Assembly (NCBI GenBank): GCA_963848295.1
Contig: CAWKDB010000010.1
Coordinates: 2,400,001 to 2,464,000 of the forward strand
Reading direction: 5' to 3'
Length of the DNA: 64,000 nucleotides
Source of the DNA: an uncultured delta proteobacterium
Lineage (GTDB): Bacteria > Myxococcota_A > Polyangia > Haliangiales > Haliangiaceae
Shown: in pieces, positions 1 through 10,420 of the stretch
Layout: every line of letters starts with the position of its first letter
Numbering within the stretch: position 1 is the first letter of the stretch
Notes under the pieces: model-generated
Told to the model about the DNA's origin: nothing
The model's database searches: none
Seen by the model: the letters and a program-made list of their open reading frames with translations, nothing else
Made by a program: the position numbers and the translations under genes

Positions 1-392
1 TTGATCCACGCGGCGCGCGCGATCGCCTGGTAGTCGACGCCGTGGTGCGCGAAGAACCGGACGTCCTCGGCGGCGAGCACCGCGGCGATCAGATCGCGCG
101 GCACGTCGTCGAGCGGCACGAGCGTGCGATGGCCGATCACCGCGCCGTCGTGGAACGGCAGCTCCGCGAGGTGCGAGCCGTCGGCGGCGAGCACGAGCGT
201 CGTCTGCGGCGCCTCGGCACGCCACACCGCGAGATCCGGCACCTCCGGTAGGTCGCGCGCCCACCGCCGCAGGGTCGTCGCGACGACGAGCAAGCCGACG
301 ATCGGCACCGCGATCGCGAGCCAGATCACGGCGAGCACCGGCAGCCGCCACCACCAACCGCCGTCGCGGCGATTGGCGATCCGAACCTTCAC
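1..392 (-). CDS. Penicillin-binding protein 1A family (transglycosylase N-terminus), runs off the left edge
   Basis: Manual minus-strand translation from GTG at 392 (GTGA overlap with upstream stop) gives a TM segment then 'HRTLVPLDDVPRDLIAAVLAAEDVRFFAHHGVDYQAIARAAWI', the GT51 motif EDxRFxxHxGVD. Not in the ORF track. Confidence 0.9.
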   Translation of the reverse strand, partial: MKVRIANRRDGGWWWRLPVLAVIWLAIAVPIVGLLVVATTLRRWARDLPEVPDLAVWRAEAPQTTLVLAADGSHLAELPFHDGAVIGHRTLVPLDDVPRDLIAAVLAAEDVRFFAHHGVDYQAIARAAWI

Positions 393-1342
393 GACGCCTC
401 GAACAACGCCATCTGGCGCGGCGGGCCGAGCAAGCGCGCGCGACTGCCGACCGCAGCGACGATCGCCTCGGCACCGGCGCCGGTGACGTACACCTGCTTC
501 GCGCGCGTGCTCGCGATCCACCCGAGCAGCTCGTCGCGGCCCGCCGAGAACGTCCACGCGAACGCCGCCGCGAAACCGCGCGAGCCGGCGAGCGCGCGGC
601 CCGACACCAATGCGGTCACTGCATGCTCCGGCAGCTGGATCCGCTCGGCCGCGAGTTGGATCACCGCGGACCGGGCCCGACCGATCGGGGCGAGCTCGGG
701 CACCGCGACGAGCTTGCGCGCGCGCGTCGCGGCGGCGACGGTCGCGCGCGACGCAGTGATCGCGATGTCCGCGGCCGCGAACCAACCGGCGAGCTCGAGT
801 GCGTCGATCACATGGTCGACGACGAGCACCGGGCGCTTGCCGGCCGCGAGCTGGGCGCGCGCCCACGCGACGACCGCGCCTTCGACCGGCGCGAACCGCT
901 GGACATCGCCGTACGGCGCGGCCACGACGACGACATCCGCCGCCCGAACATCCGCGTTCGCGCCGATCTCGCCGGCGTAGAGCACGGTGTGCGGTCCGGT
1001 GTCGACGGACAGCGCCGCGGCGCCGAGGCCTCGCCCCGACGGAATGAGCTCGAGCCGTAGCGTGCCGAGCGTGAATCGCTTGTTGAGCGGCGCCGACAGG
1101 TCGCCGCCCGCACCTCTGGCCGTCGCGATCCCGAGCAGCGCGAGCGTCGTCGGGGTCGCGATCAGCTGGCCGTGGCCGGTCCGGCCGACCCGATCGGCCG
1201 ACGAGGCAAAGCAGGCGTCTCGGCGGCGCCGGGCGTCACACCAGATCGGCGTGCCGGTAAGGTGCACGCCGTCGCGCCACGTCACCGCCGGGATCGCGGC
1301 CGCGCGCGCTCGTGCAGCGGCAGACGCACGCGGCGGAGGCAC
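389..1342 (-). CDS. MBL-fold/beta-CASP protein resembling ligase-associated DNA-damage exonucleases, with degenerate metal ligands
   Basis: Layout 'WCDARR..FASSADR..QLIATPTT..LIPSGRGLGAA..LYAGEI..FSAGRDELL..VYVTG' parallels HxHxDH / PAGH.LGSA / YTGD / SDHAD / VTHG, but the His residues are missing. Confidence 0.65.
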   Translation of the reverse strand: MPPPRASAAARARAAAIPAVTWRDGVHLTGTPIWCDARRRRDACFASSADRVGRTGHGQLIATPTTLALLGIATARGAGGDLSAPLNKRFTLGTLRLELIPSGRGLGAAALSVDTGPHTVLYAGEIGANADVRAADVVVVAAPYGDVQRFAPVEGAVVAWARAQLAAGKRPVLVVDHVIDALELAGWFAAADIAITASRATVAAATRARKLVAVPELAPIGRARSAVIQLAAERIQLPEHAVTALVSGRALAGSRGFAAAFAWTFSAGRDELLGWIASTRAKQVYVTGAGAEAIVAAVGSRARLLGPPRQMALFEAS

Positions 1343-1422
1343 GCCTTCACGGTGGCACCCAGAAGCAGGTCTGGCAAGATTTCGAGCCCTTAGCCCTCTG
1401 GCCTCGTCGACGGTGGAGAGCG

Positions 1423-2055
1423 CTATTCGACCGTGGGCGGCGGCAGCCCGCCGGCTCGCAGCTGCTCTTCGAGCTCTTTCATGACCTCGAGCAGCTGCTC
1501 GCGTTGCGCGTCGTCGAGGTCGAACACGATGCCCATGCCGGGCGGCTCCTCGTCCGCGGCCAGGATCGTGTGCGAGACCTTGCCGACCAGCGACAGCGGC
1601 TGGGCCTTGCCCGGCACGGTGACCAGCATGTGGACCTGGGAGGTCTCGGGCAGCGGCTTGTCGGTGAACAAGAACACGCCTTCTTCGTTGATGTCCTTGG
1701 TGAACGTGTTCGCGGGCCCTTCGACGGCGCCGTACGTCACCGACAGCTTGATCGGCAGCCGGCGCTTCTCGCGCAGGTTGAGCAGCCCGCCGCGGATGAA
1801 CCCGTTGAGGTAGTTGATCTTGTCACGCTCGGTTCCGCCGAGGGCCACGACCATCCCCGACGGGTCCTGGCGATGGCCGACCACGGTCCCTCGCAAGGTC
1901 ACGAGCCAGCCACCCACGTCGAGGTCGATGCGCAGGTTCTCCCCATTCGGGAGCGGATCCTCAGCGGGCACGAACACGGTCCAATCGCGCGGATCGAAGA
2001 TCTTGATCCATTCGGAGTGGTTGTTCAGCCGTAGCTCGAGCCTGACCGGTCCCAC
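1423..2055 (-). CDS. Tandem PilZ-domain protein (myxobacterial type)
   Basis: RxxxR (REKRRLP), DINEEG, and 'PGMGIVF' motifs. Confidence 0.85.
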   Translation of the reverse strand: MGPVRLELRLNNHSEWIKIFDPRDWTVFVPAEDPLPNGENLRIDLDVGGWLVTLRGTVVGHRQDPSGMVVALGGTERDKINYLNGFIRGGLLNLREKRRLPIKLSVTYGAVEGPANTFTKDINEEGVFLFTDKPLPETSQVHMLVTVPGKAQPLSLVGKVSHTILAADEEPPGMGIVFDLDDAQREQLLEVMKELEEQLRAGGLPPPTVE

Positions 2056-2130
2056 GCCCTCATCGTAAACCAGGTGGGCCCGTTCCGGGGGTCCGGTGAA
2101 CGGGAGCCGATCGATCGATCCGCCTCGGGG

Positions 2131-3372
2131 CTACTGAATGGCGACGCGCAGCGCGACCGGCTTCCCGGCGCGAACGACCTGGATCGCGAAGCCGTGGGCG
2201 GCGCCGGCGCGGGCGTAGAGACTCGCGGCGTCGTCGATCGTTCGCAGCGCGTGGCCGTCGACCGATGCGATCACGTCGCCGGCGCGCAGGCCCGCTTTCG
2301 CGAACAGCGAGGTCGGCGCGACCGAGTCGATCCGAACACCCGCCGGGGTGAACTCGCCGTGAAAGGCAGCGGCGAGCGTGGCGAAGTTGCCGAGCGCGGC
2401 CGTGACGTCGGTCTTGAGGAGCACGAGCGGAACGTCCGGAGCCGCTGCTACTGCCGGGGCCGTGACCGCAACCGTGACCGCAACCGGAGCCGTGACCGCA
2501 ACCGGGGCTGCGACCGCAACCGGGGCTGCGACCGCAACCGCTGCCGGGGCTGCGACCGCAACCGGGGCTGCGACCGCTGCCGGGGCCGCGACCGCAACCG
2601 CGACGGCCGCGACCGCTGCCGGGGCCGCGACCGCTGCCGGGGCCGCGACCGCAACCGGGGCCGCCGCCGGGCCCGGGACCGCTGCCGGGGCCGCGACCGC
2701 TGCCGGGGCCGCGACCGCTGCCGGGGCCGCGACCGCTGCCGGGGCCGCAACCGCAACCGGGGCCGCAACCGCCGCCGGGGCCGCGACCGCCGCCGGGGCG
2801 GCAACCGCGACCGCCGCCGGGGCCGCGACCGCCGCCGGGTCCGCGACCGCCGCCGCACCCGGTGCCTCCGCGACGCGCATGCCGTTCTCGCCCGCGGCGA
2901 TCGGGGCGGGCGCTTCGGCTGAACGAACGGCGCCCTCGCCGTAGGGATCAATAGGTTGCGCGTACGGATCGACGGGCTGCGCGCCGGTCGAATCAGCTCT
3001 TGCCGCCTTCGTCGGCCGCGCCGGTGCCGCCTCGTCGCCGTAACCGCGCGTCCGCCAGCGCTCGGGCGTCGAGAGCACCATCTGAACGCCGCCCTCGCCC
3101 GATAGGGTCACCGCATCGTCGTCGATCGCGGTCACGCGGAGGCCGTCGACCGCAGAGCCGACCTCGACCAGGACGTGGGTGTTGTGGTTGCGGTCGAACA
3201 GCAGGGCCTGGTTGGTATCTGCCATGATCCGAACGACGCGAAGCGGCGCGTGCGGCGCACGTACCTCCGGCTTGGCCTCGACGGGCGCATCCGCGGGCTT
3301 CGCATCGTCGGCACGGGCGACGCCAACACCGCCGACTAGGGCGACAAACAGTAGGGTGGGGAGCAGCCGCAT
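2131..3372 (-). CDS. Secreted GspC-like protein with Ala/Pro/Val linker and C-terminal PDZ domain
   Basis: Signal peptide MRLLPTLLFVALVGGVGVARA; GspC-HR-like 'VEVGSAVDGLRVTAIDDDAVTL'; PDZ 'GVRIDSVAPTSLFAKAGLRAGDVIASVDG'. Confidence 0.7.
   Translation of the reverse strand: MRLLPTLLFVALVGGVGVARADDAKPADAPVEAKPEVRAPHAPLRVVRIMADTNQALLFDRNHNTHVLVEVGSAVDGLRVTAIDDDAVTLSGEGGVQMVLSTPERWRTRGYGDEAAPARPTKAARADSTGAQPVDPYAQPIDPYGEGAVRSAEAPAPIAAGENGMRVAEAPGAAAVADPAAVAAPAAVAVAAPAAVAAPAAVAAPVAVAAPAAVAAPAAVAAPAAVAAPAAVPGPAAAPVAVAAPAAVAAPAAVAAVAVAVAAPAAVAAPVAVAAPAAVAVAAPVAVAAPVAVTAPVAVTVAVTAPAVAAAPDVPLVLLKTDVTAALGNFATLAAAFHGEFTPAGVRIDSVAPTSLFAKAGLRAGDVIASVDGHALRTIDDAASLYARAGAAHGFAIQVVRAGKPVALRVAIQ
2453..2860. 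repeat. Intragenic degenerate tandem repeat (about 18-24 bp units, gccgcgaccgctgccggg-like) encoding (AAVAAP/VAVAAP)n
   Basis: Repeat units directly visible in the sequence. Confidence 0.9.
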
Positions 3373-3535
3373 TGCACGCGAACGTGCAAACGCCGATCCG
3401 GTCGGTTCGTCGACAAAGCCTCGAAACCACGCTGTCGGTTTCCGCCTCTGTATTCGCCGCTTCACACCGCGGCGCCGACGCTGTCGCGTCTCGGCCCGGC
3501 CCCGCAAGCGAGGGCCCCTCGGTCGGCCTCGGGGC

Positions 3536-4393
3536 TCAGGCCTTCTTGGCGTCTTTCTCGATCTCGGAAAGGTCGAGGTCTTCGAGCTCTTTCATATCCT
3601 CGGCGGTCAGCGACGGTCCGGTCGGCCCGGTGGCGTCCTTGGCCTCGGGCTTGTCATCCTTCGCCCCGACCCCGCCGGACGACAGCTGCTTCGCGCTGTC
3701 GCCTTTCGGGGCCTCGAGCAGGCCCATCTTGGCCTTCAGGTCGTTGAGCGCTTCGTCCTCGGCACCGCCGGGTCCGGCCTCGAGCGCCATGAACTTCGAC
3801 TCGAGCGTATCGCCCGACAGCTCGCCCGCGAGCTCGGCGCCAGCCTCGGCTTCGGCCTCCATCAGCTGGATGCGCTCGGCCATGCGGTCGAACGTGTCGA
3901 ACGCGCTGGTGTCGCCGAGGCCCTGCATCGTGTTCGCGATCTGCTGCTGCGCCTCCGCCCGCTTCTTGCGCGCGATCAGGATGTTCTTCTTGCGCTTCGC
4001 TTCCTCGATCTTGTTGTTCAGCAGGCGCAGGGCGTCTTTGAGCTTCTCGACCGCTTGCTTCTGCGAGATCCACTGTTGTTGGAACTGGGTGGCGATCGTC
4101 TCGTGCTCTTGCTTGCGCGAGAGCGCCTGACGCGCGAGGTTGTCGTCACCTGCGCGCACCGCAACCATCGCCTTACGCTCCCACTCCTTCGACTTGTCGG
4201 TCTCGGAGACGTACTGCTTTTGCAGCTTCTTCTCGTCGGCGATCGCGATCGCGACGGCCTTCTTCGCCTCGACCAGCTGCTGCTGCATCTCGAGCAGCAC
4301 TTGCCCGAGCATTTTCTCCGGATCCTCGGCCTTCGTGATGAGGTCGTTGATGTTCGACTTGATCAGCGTGCCCAGTCTGGAAAAGATACCCAT
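3536..4393 (-). CDS. pspA: PspA/IM30 family protein
   Basis: MGIFSRLGTLIKSNINDLITKAEDPEKML...; coiled coil; 'AFDTFDRMAERI'. Confidence 0.93.
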   Translation of the reverse strand: MGIFSRLGTLIKSNINDLITKAEDPEKMLGQVLLEMQQQLVEAKKAVAIAIADEKKLQKQYVSETDKSKEWERKAMVAVRAGDDNLARQALSRKQEHETIATQFQQQWISQKQAVEKLKDALRLLNNKIEEAKRKKNILIARKKRAEAQQQIANTMQGLGDTSAFDTFDRMAERIQLMEAEAEAGAELAGELSGDTLESKFMALEAGPGGAEDEALNDLKAKMGLLEAPKGDSAKQLSSGGVGAKDDKPEAKDATGPTGPSLTAEDMKELEDLDLSEIEKDAKKA

Positions 4394-4435
4394 GGCTTTG
4401 TCCGAGCGTACGAGATCAACGAGGCAGCCGCAACG

Positions 4436-5179
4436 ATGACTCCCCGCAGTCTTCCTCGCCACGTCGGCATCATCATGGACGGCAACGGCCGCTGGGCGCA
4501 GCTCCGCGGTCAGCCTCGACTCGAAGGCCATCGCGCCGGCGCGGAGAGCGTTCGCGACATCACGCGTGCCTCGCGCGAGCTCGGGCTCGAAGCGCTGACG
4601 CTGTACGCGTTTTCGTCGCAGAACTGGGCGCGACCCGCCTCCGAGGTCGCCGGCCTGATGCAGCTGCTGCACGACTTCCTGATCGACGAGCGCGCCGAGA
4701 TCCTCGACAACGGCATCCGGCTCGAAGCGCTCGGCGACATCGAGCGCTTGCCGCCGCTCGTGCGCGAGCCGCTCGACGAGCTGCGCGCCGCGTCGAAGCA
4801 TCACACGACGATGGTGCTCACGCTCGCGCTGTCGTACGGCGGGCGCGAGTCGATCGCGCGCGCGGCGCGCGCCGCTGCGGAGGATGTCGCCGCGGGCCGG
4901 CTCACCGCCGAGGCGCTCGATTGCACCACGCTCGGCGCGTATCTGCCGACCGCGCACCTGCCGGCGCTCGATCTGCTGATCCGCACGTCCGGCGAGCGGC
5001 GGATCTCGAACTTCATGCTGTGGGAGCTCGCGTACGCCGAGCTCGTGTTCGTCGACGTGCTGTGGCCGGAGTTTCGCCGCGAGCATCTGCGCAAGTGTCT
5101 CGACGAGTACGCGGCGCGCGAACGCCGCTACGGCCTGACGTCCGCGCAGCTCGCCAATCCGTCGGACGTCGAGAGCTGA
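4436..5179 (+). CDS. uppS: Undecaprenyl diphosphate synthase
   Basis: HVGIIMDGNGRWA, YAFSSQNW.RP, LIRTSGERRISNFMLW. Confidence 0.96.
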   Translation: MTPRSLPRHVGIIMDGNGRWAQLRGQPRLEGHRAGAESVRDITRASRELGLEALTLYAFSSQNWARPASEVAGLMQLLHDFLIDERAEILDNGIRLEALGDIERLPPLVREPLDELRAASKHHTTMVLTLALSYGGRESIARAARAAAEDVAAGRLTAEALDCTTLGAYLPTAHLPALDLLIRTSGERRISNFMLWELAYAELVFVDVLWPEFRREHLRKCLDEYAARERRYGLTSAQLANPSDVES

Positions 5180-5238
5180 ACGGCAATCGTCGCCGGGCGT
5201 TGCGTCTCGTGCCGTGCTCTGGTTAGCTGGGCGACGCC

Positions 5239-6099
5239 TTGGCCCTCGGTAATCTCGCGCAACGATTCCTGGTCGCGGTCGTCGCGGTCCCGATCCTGCT
5301 CGTCGTGCTGCACTACCACCGCGCCGAGCCGACCTGGGCGCTGATCTTCGCGGCCTCGCTGCTCGCGATGCGCGAGTTCTTCGCGATGACGTTGCCCGCC
5401 GAGGATCGCAAGCCGGCGCTCGCGCTCGGCGCGATCGCGTGCGCCGCGTTCTATTGGCTCGATCCACTCGCGCTCCAGGCGTACTCCGGGCTGCCGCACG
5501 CGCTCGAGCGCGTCTCGTTCGTCGGCGGCTCGCTCGCCGCGGCGCTCGCCGTGGTCGTGCCCGCGCTGTACTTCCTGTTCCGGTTCCGCGACATCCCGAG
5601 CGTCGCCGGTCGGATCAGCGCGACGATCACCGGCATCGTCTACGCCGGGTTCTTGCTGACGTACCTCGCGAAGCTCAAGCTCGTCGATCCGCGCCACGAC
5701 GCCGACACCGTCGTGCTCGTCTTGCTCGTCGCGTGGATCGCCGACACCGGCGGTTACTTCGCCGGCCGCTTCCTCGGCAAAGCGAAGCTGTACGAAGCGG
5801 TCAGCCCGAAGAAGACGTGGGCCGGCGCGTGGGGCGGCATCGCCGGCTCGATCCTCGGCGTCGCGGTGTTGAAGCTCGTGCACGCCGAGTGGCTGACCTG
5901 GGTCGACGTGCTCGCGATCGCGATCCCGGGCGGCATCCTCGGCCAGCTCGGCGATCTCGCCGAGTCGCTGATCAAGCGCTCGGTCGGCGTCAAAGACTCG
6001 GGCGCGCTGTTGCCCGGTCACGGCGGCATGCTCGACCGGATCGACGCGGTGCTGTTCATCGCGCCGTACGTCTACGGCTACTTGATCATCCGGGGATGA
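5239..6099 (+). CDS. cdsA: Phosphatidate cytidylyltransferase
   Basis: SPKKTWAG, GDLAESLIKR..GVKDSG.LLPGHGGMLDRID; follows uppS. Confidence 0.96.
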   Translation: MALGNLAQRFLVAVVAVPILLVVLHYHRAEPTWALIFAASLLAMREFFAMTLPAEDRKPALALGAIACAAFYWLDPLALQAYSGLPHALERVSFVGGSLAAALAVVVPALYFLFRFRDIPSVAGRISATITGIVYAGFLLTYLAKLKLVDPRHDADTVVLVLLVAWIADTGGYFAGRFLGKAKLYEAVSPKKTWAGAWGGIAGSILGVAVLKLVHAEWLTWVDVLAIAIPGGILGQLGDLAESLIKRSVGVKDSGALLPGHGGMLDRIDAVLFIAPYVYGYLIIRG

Positions 6100-6181
6100 C
6101 GCTCGCGCTCGTGCGCCGGAACGATTCGGCGCGATCTGCGTTCACTGAAATATCGAGCCGAGGTCGTGCGTTCGTCCGCGC

Positions 6182-7321
6182 ATGCTGCCCGCGCTCCGTC
6201 CGATCGTGCACCGCGCGAGATGCCATCGCTCGCTCGCGGTTCCGCTGATCGCGACGAGTGCGGCGATCGCGATCGTGCTGGTCGGTGTTCGAGTGTTCGC
6301 GCTCGGCGAGCCGCGCGCTTCGCTCGCCGAGCCGCGCAACGTGATCGTCGTGGCGCCAGGCCACGATCGCGCGATCGTCGTGCCGATGCCGGTGCCGCTA
6401 GCCTTACCGACCGTCGCGGTTCGCGCCGCGTGCCCGACCGAGGTCGCCGTAGTCCGCCACGGTGACCCCGCGGGCCTCCCCGAGCCGATCGACCACGTGC
6501 GACCCGCGCCATCGAACGCGCAGTGGATCGCCGCCTGGAACGAACACAGCATCTTCGTCAGCACGAACGCGGGCGCGGCGTTCGCTCGAGTGCTCGACGG
6601 TCCCGGCGAGGTTCGAGACGTGGCCTTTGACTGCTACGGCCACGTGTTCGCGCTGCGCGGACAACAATTCGGCGTTCGCGCCGCCGGTCACGAGCTGTGG
6701 CGCGCGTTCGAGGCTCCCAACGCGTGGCTCGTCGGCGGCGGGCCCGACGCGATCGTCATCGGGCGCGCCGACACGGTCGACAATCCTCGGAACCGGATCT
6801 CGATCACGCCCGACCTGGGCGCGACCTGGCGTTACCTCGATCTCCGCGCCGACTTCGAAGGTGGGGCCGTGAGCGGACGGCAAGACGCCGTGGGGGTGAT
6901 CCGGGTCGCCGCCGCGATCCCCGACTGCATGGACGATATCCTCGACGCGATCACCGTGCGCGGCGATGCCGTGACCGAGGACTGGAAGGGCATCGCCGAA
7001 GGCGCTCGGTTCGCGCGCTACGGCGATCTCGAGGTCGCCGACGCCTCGCTGCGCCACACCGGCGCCGACCCGTGGCAGCCGATCGGAGGGCTGCCGCCGC
7101 CGAGCGATCCACCCGCGCAGGCGAGGCCGCTCGAAGGGCCGTATCCGGTGATGGCGAACGGCGCGCAGCTGTTCCGCATCGTGCGCGGCGTCGCGCGCGC
7201 GCTACCGGTCGAAGCCGTCGGCGAGGCGCAGGCGGTCGACGCGGCCGGCCGCGTCTGGTGCATCGACGGCGGCGTGCTCGCGCTCGCGCACAAGCCCGAT
7301 CTGAACGTCGACGGCGACTGA
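6182..7321 (+). CDS. Hypothetical membrane-anchored beta-rich protein with Asp-box-like motifs
   Basis: N-terminal TM; 'STNAGAAF' and 'TPDLGATW' resemble BNR/Asp-box motifs. Confidence 0.6.
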   Translation: MLPALRPIVHRARCHRSLAVPLIATSAAIAIVLVGVRVFALGEPRASLAEPRNVIVVAPGHDRAIVVPMPVPLALPTVAVRAACPTEVAVVRHGDPAGLPEPIDHVRPAPSNAQWIAAWNEHSIFVSTNAGAAFARVLDGPGEVRDVAFDCYGHVFALRGQQFGVRAAGHELWRAFEAPNAWLVGGGPDAIVIGRADTVDNPRNRISITPDLGATWRYLDLRADFEGGAVSGRQDAVGVIRVAAAIPDCMDDILDAITVRGDAVTEDWKGIAEGARFARYGDLEVADASLRHTGADPWQPIGGLPPPSDPPAQARPLEGPYPVMANGAQLFRIVRGVARALPVEAVGEAQAVDAAGRVWCIDGGVLALAHKPDLNVDGD

Positions 7322-7326
7322 CGCGC

Positions 7327-8244
7327 TCAGGCGGCGATCGCGTCGAGGAACGTCCGCGCGTGGGTCGCCCAGTCGCTGGCGGTGTCGAGCTCGAGGTAGC
7401 GCTCGAGGTGCTGCTTGGCCTGCGCGGTGCCGCCGACGTGCGCGAGCATGAGGCCGAGGTTGTAGTGCGCGTCCGCGAACTCGGGGAACGACGAGCACAC
7501 GCGGCGCAGCTCGGCGATCGCCAGGTCGGTATCGCCGAGGTCTTCGAGGAGGTTGGCGTAGTTGTAGCGAGCCTCGGGCTGCCCGGGATCGTGCTCGAGC
7601 GCGCGCTCGTAGAGCCGGCGCGCCTCGTCGAGCTCGCCCTGGCGATAGACCAGGTTGCCGAGGTTGGTCAGCGCGGCGGCCATGTTCGGCTCGAGCTCGA
7701 CCGCGAGCCGGAACAAGTGCTCGGCGGTCTGATGATCGCCGCGATCTTCGGCCGCGCACGCTTCGACGAAGTGGCGATATGCGGTCGTGCCGCCGTTCGC
7801 TTCGGTCGGCGAGTCCTCGATCGGCTGCGGCGCACTCGGGTCGACGCGCGGCATCGCGAGCACCTCGGCGACGTGCTCGCCGAAGCTCTTGACCGTGAAC
7901 GCCATCACGACCTGGCCGCCGATCGGCTCGAACGCGACGTCGTCGGCGAGCGCGACGATCGTGTTGCCGTCGCAACACACGCGGAGCTTGCTCGTCGGGT
8001 GCGTGTCGTCCGGCAACAGCTTGCGGAGCGCCTCCACGTTCTTGCGCGCCTTCTGCAGCGGCAGCCCGCCGGCGAGCAGGTCCTTCGCGGCCTTGACCGC
8101 GACGAGATCGCAGAACGTGTAGTAGAAGCGACCGCCCTTGCGCACGGTCGGGCCGACGAAGCCGACCTGCGTCCAGTAACGCAGCCGCGACTCCTGAACG
8201 GCGAGGATCCGGGCGACATCACGCAGCGAGTAGAGTTCGATCAT
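7327..8244 (-). CDS. MerR-type HTH plus TPR repeat protein
   Basis: MIELYSLRDVARILAVQESRLRYW (MerR HTH); C-terminal TPRs (ALTNLG, ARYNYA, AHYNLG). Real start is at 8244 within the longer ORF. Confidence 0.88.
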   Translation of the reverse strand: MIELYSLRDVARILAVQESRLRYWTQVGFVGPTVRKGGRFYYTFCDLVAVKAAKDLLAGGLPLQKARKNVEALRKLLPDDTHPTSKLRVCCDGNTIVALADDVAFEPIGGQVVMAFTVKSFGEHVAEVLAMPRVDPSAPQPIEDSPTEANGGTTAYRHFVEACAAEDRGDHQTAEHLFRLAVELEPNMAAALTNLGNLVYRQGELDEARRLYERALEHDPGQPEARYNYANLLEDLGDTDLAIAELRRVCSSFPEFADAHYNLGLMLAHVGGTAQAKQHLERYLELDTASDWATHARTFLDAIAA

Positions 8245-8705
8245 GGACGGCTCCGTTGGGCTAGACGCGCTTGGGCTTGCGCTTCGATGTTGAGGCTGAG
8301 GTGAAGCTCCGAGCCGACCGCCCGGCTCTCGAGATCGACGAGCGGCGAGGCGAGCTCGCAACCGGCCGTGCGCCGCGCCTCGGCGAGGCCGAACCGGCGT
8401 GCATGATCGCGGCAGCGCTCGTCGGCGGCGTACAGGAACGCGACGCGTTGCGCGGTCGAGGCATCGGGTGGATCCGAGATCTGCGCGGTCGTCCGTGCGA
8501 GATCGATCGTCAGCATCGTCGACCCGGCGTACATGCCGTGATCGACCTCGCCCTCCGACAGCACGCGAGCCGCGTCGTGCAGCAGCTCCAGCGCCGCCGG
8601 CGCGAGCCGGATCGTGACCTCGCGCTCGAACAGCGACACCCGGCGGGCCAGCGCCATCGGCTTGCGAGGGGGCTTTGCGGCGGGCGCGCGTCGGGGCTTT
8701 GCCAT
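8241..8705 (-). CDS. Hypothetical protein, translationally coupled to the MerR-TPR gene
   Basis: ATGA overlap at 8241-8244; plausible codon usage. Confidence 0.7.
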   Translation of the reverse strand: MAKPRRAPAAKPPRKPMALARRVSLFEREVTIRLAPAALELLHDAARVLSEGEVDHGMYAGSTMLTIDLARTTAQISDPPDASTAQRVAFLYAADERCRDHARRFGLAEARRTAGCELASPLVDLESRAVGSELHLSLNIEAQAQARLAQRSRP

Positions 8706-8811
8706 GCGAGAAAAAATGGTAGCGGGCGGCTAGGTCGGATCGCCAATTTCCAGCCGTGCCCGGTCGCCTATACAGGTCCGACCGGGCGTGATAGGGCTTG
8801 AAGGGCCCGGT

Positions 8812-10347
<1,536 letters not shown>

Positions 10348-10420
10348 CCGGCGCGAAATGTCACTGCCGGGCGTGCGAAACCGTGCGACCGTTGGAGCAG
10401 TCGTGGCGTCTGAACAGAGG

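Noticed and set aside
1352..1368. Sigma-54 promoter (TGGCAC...GC), also near 21880
   Set aside because: The GG-to-GC spacing is off by one base and both motifs point away from the adjacent gene start.
2453..2860. Possible CRISPR array
   Set aside because: The units are contiguous degenerate coding repeats with no unique spacers, and there are no cas genes.
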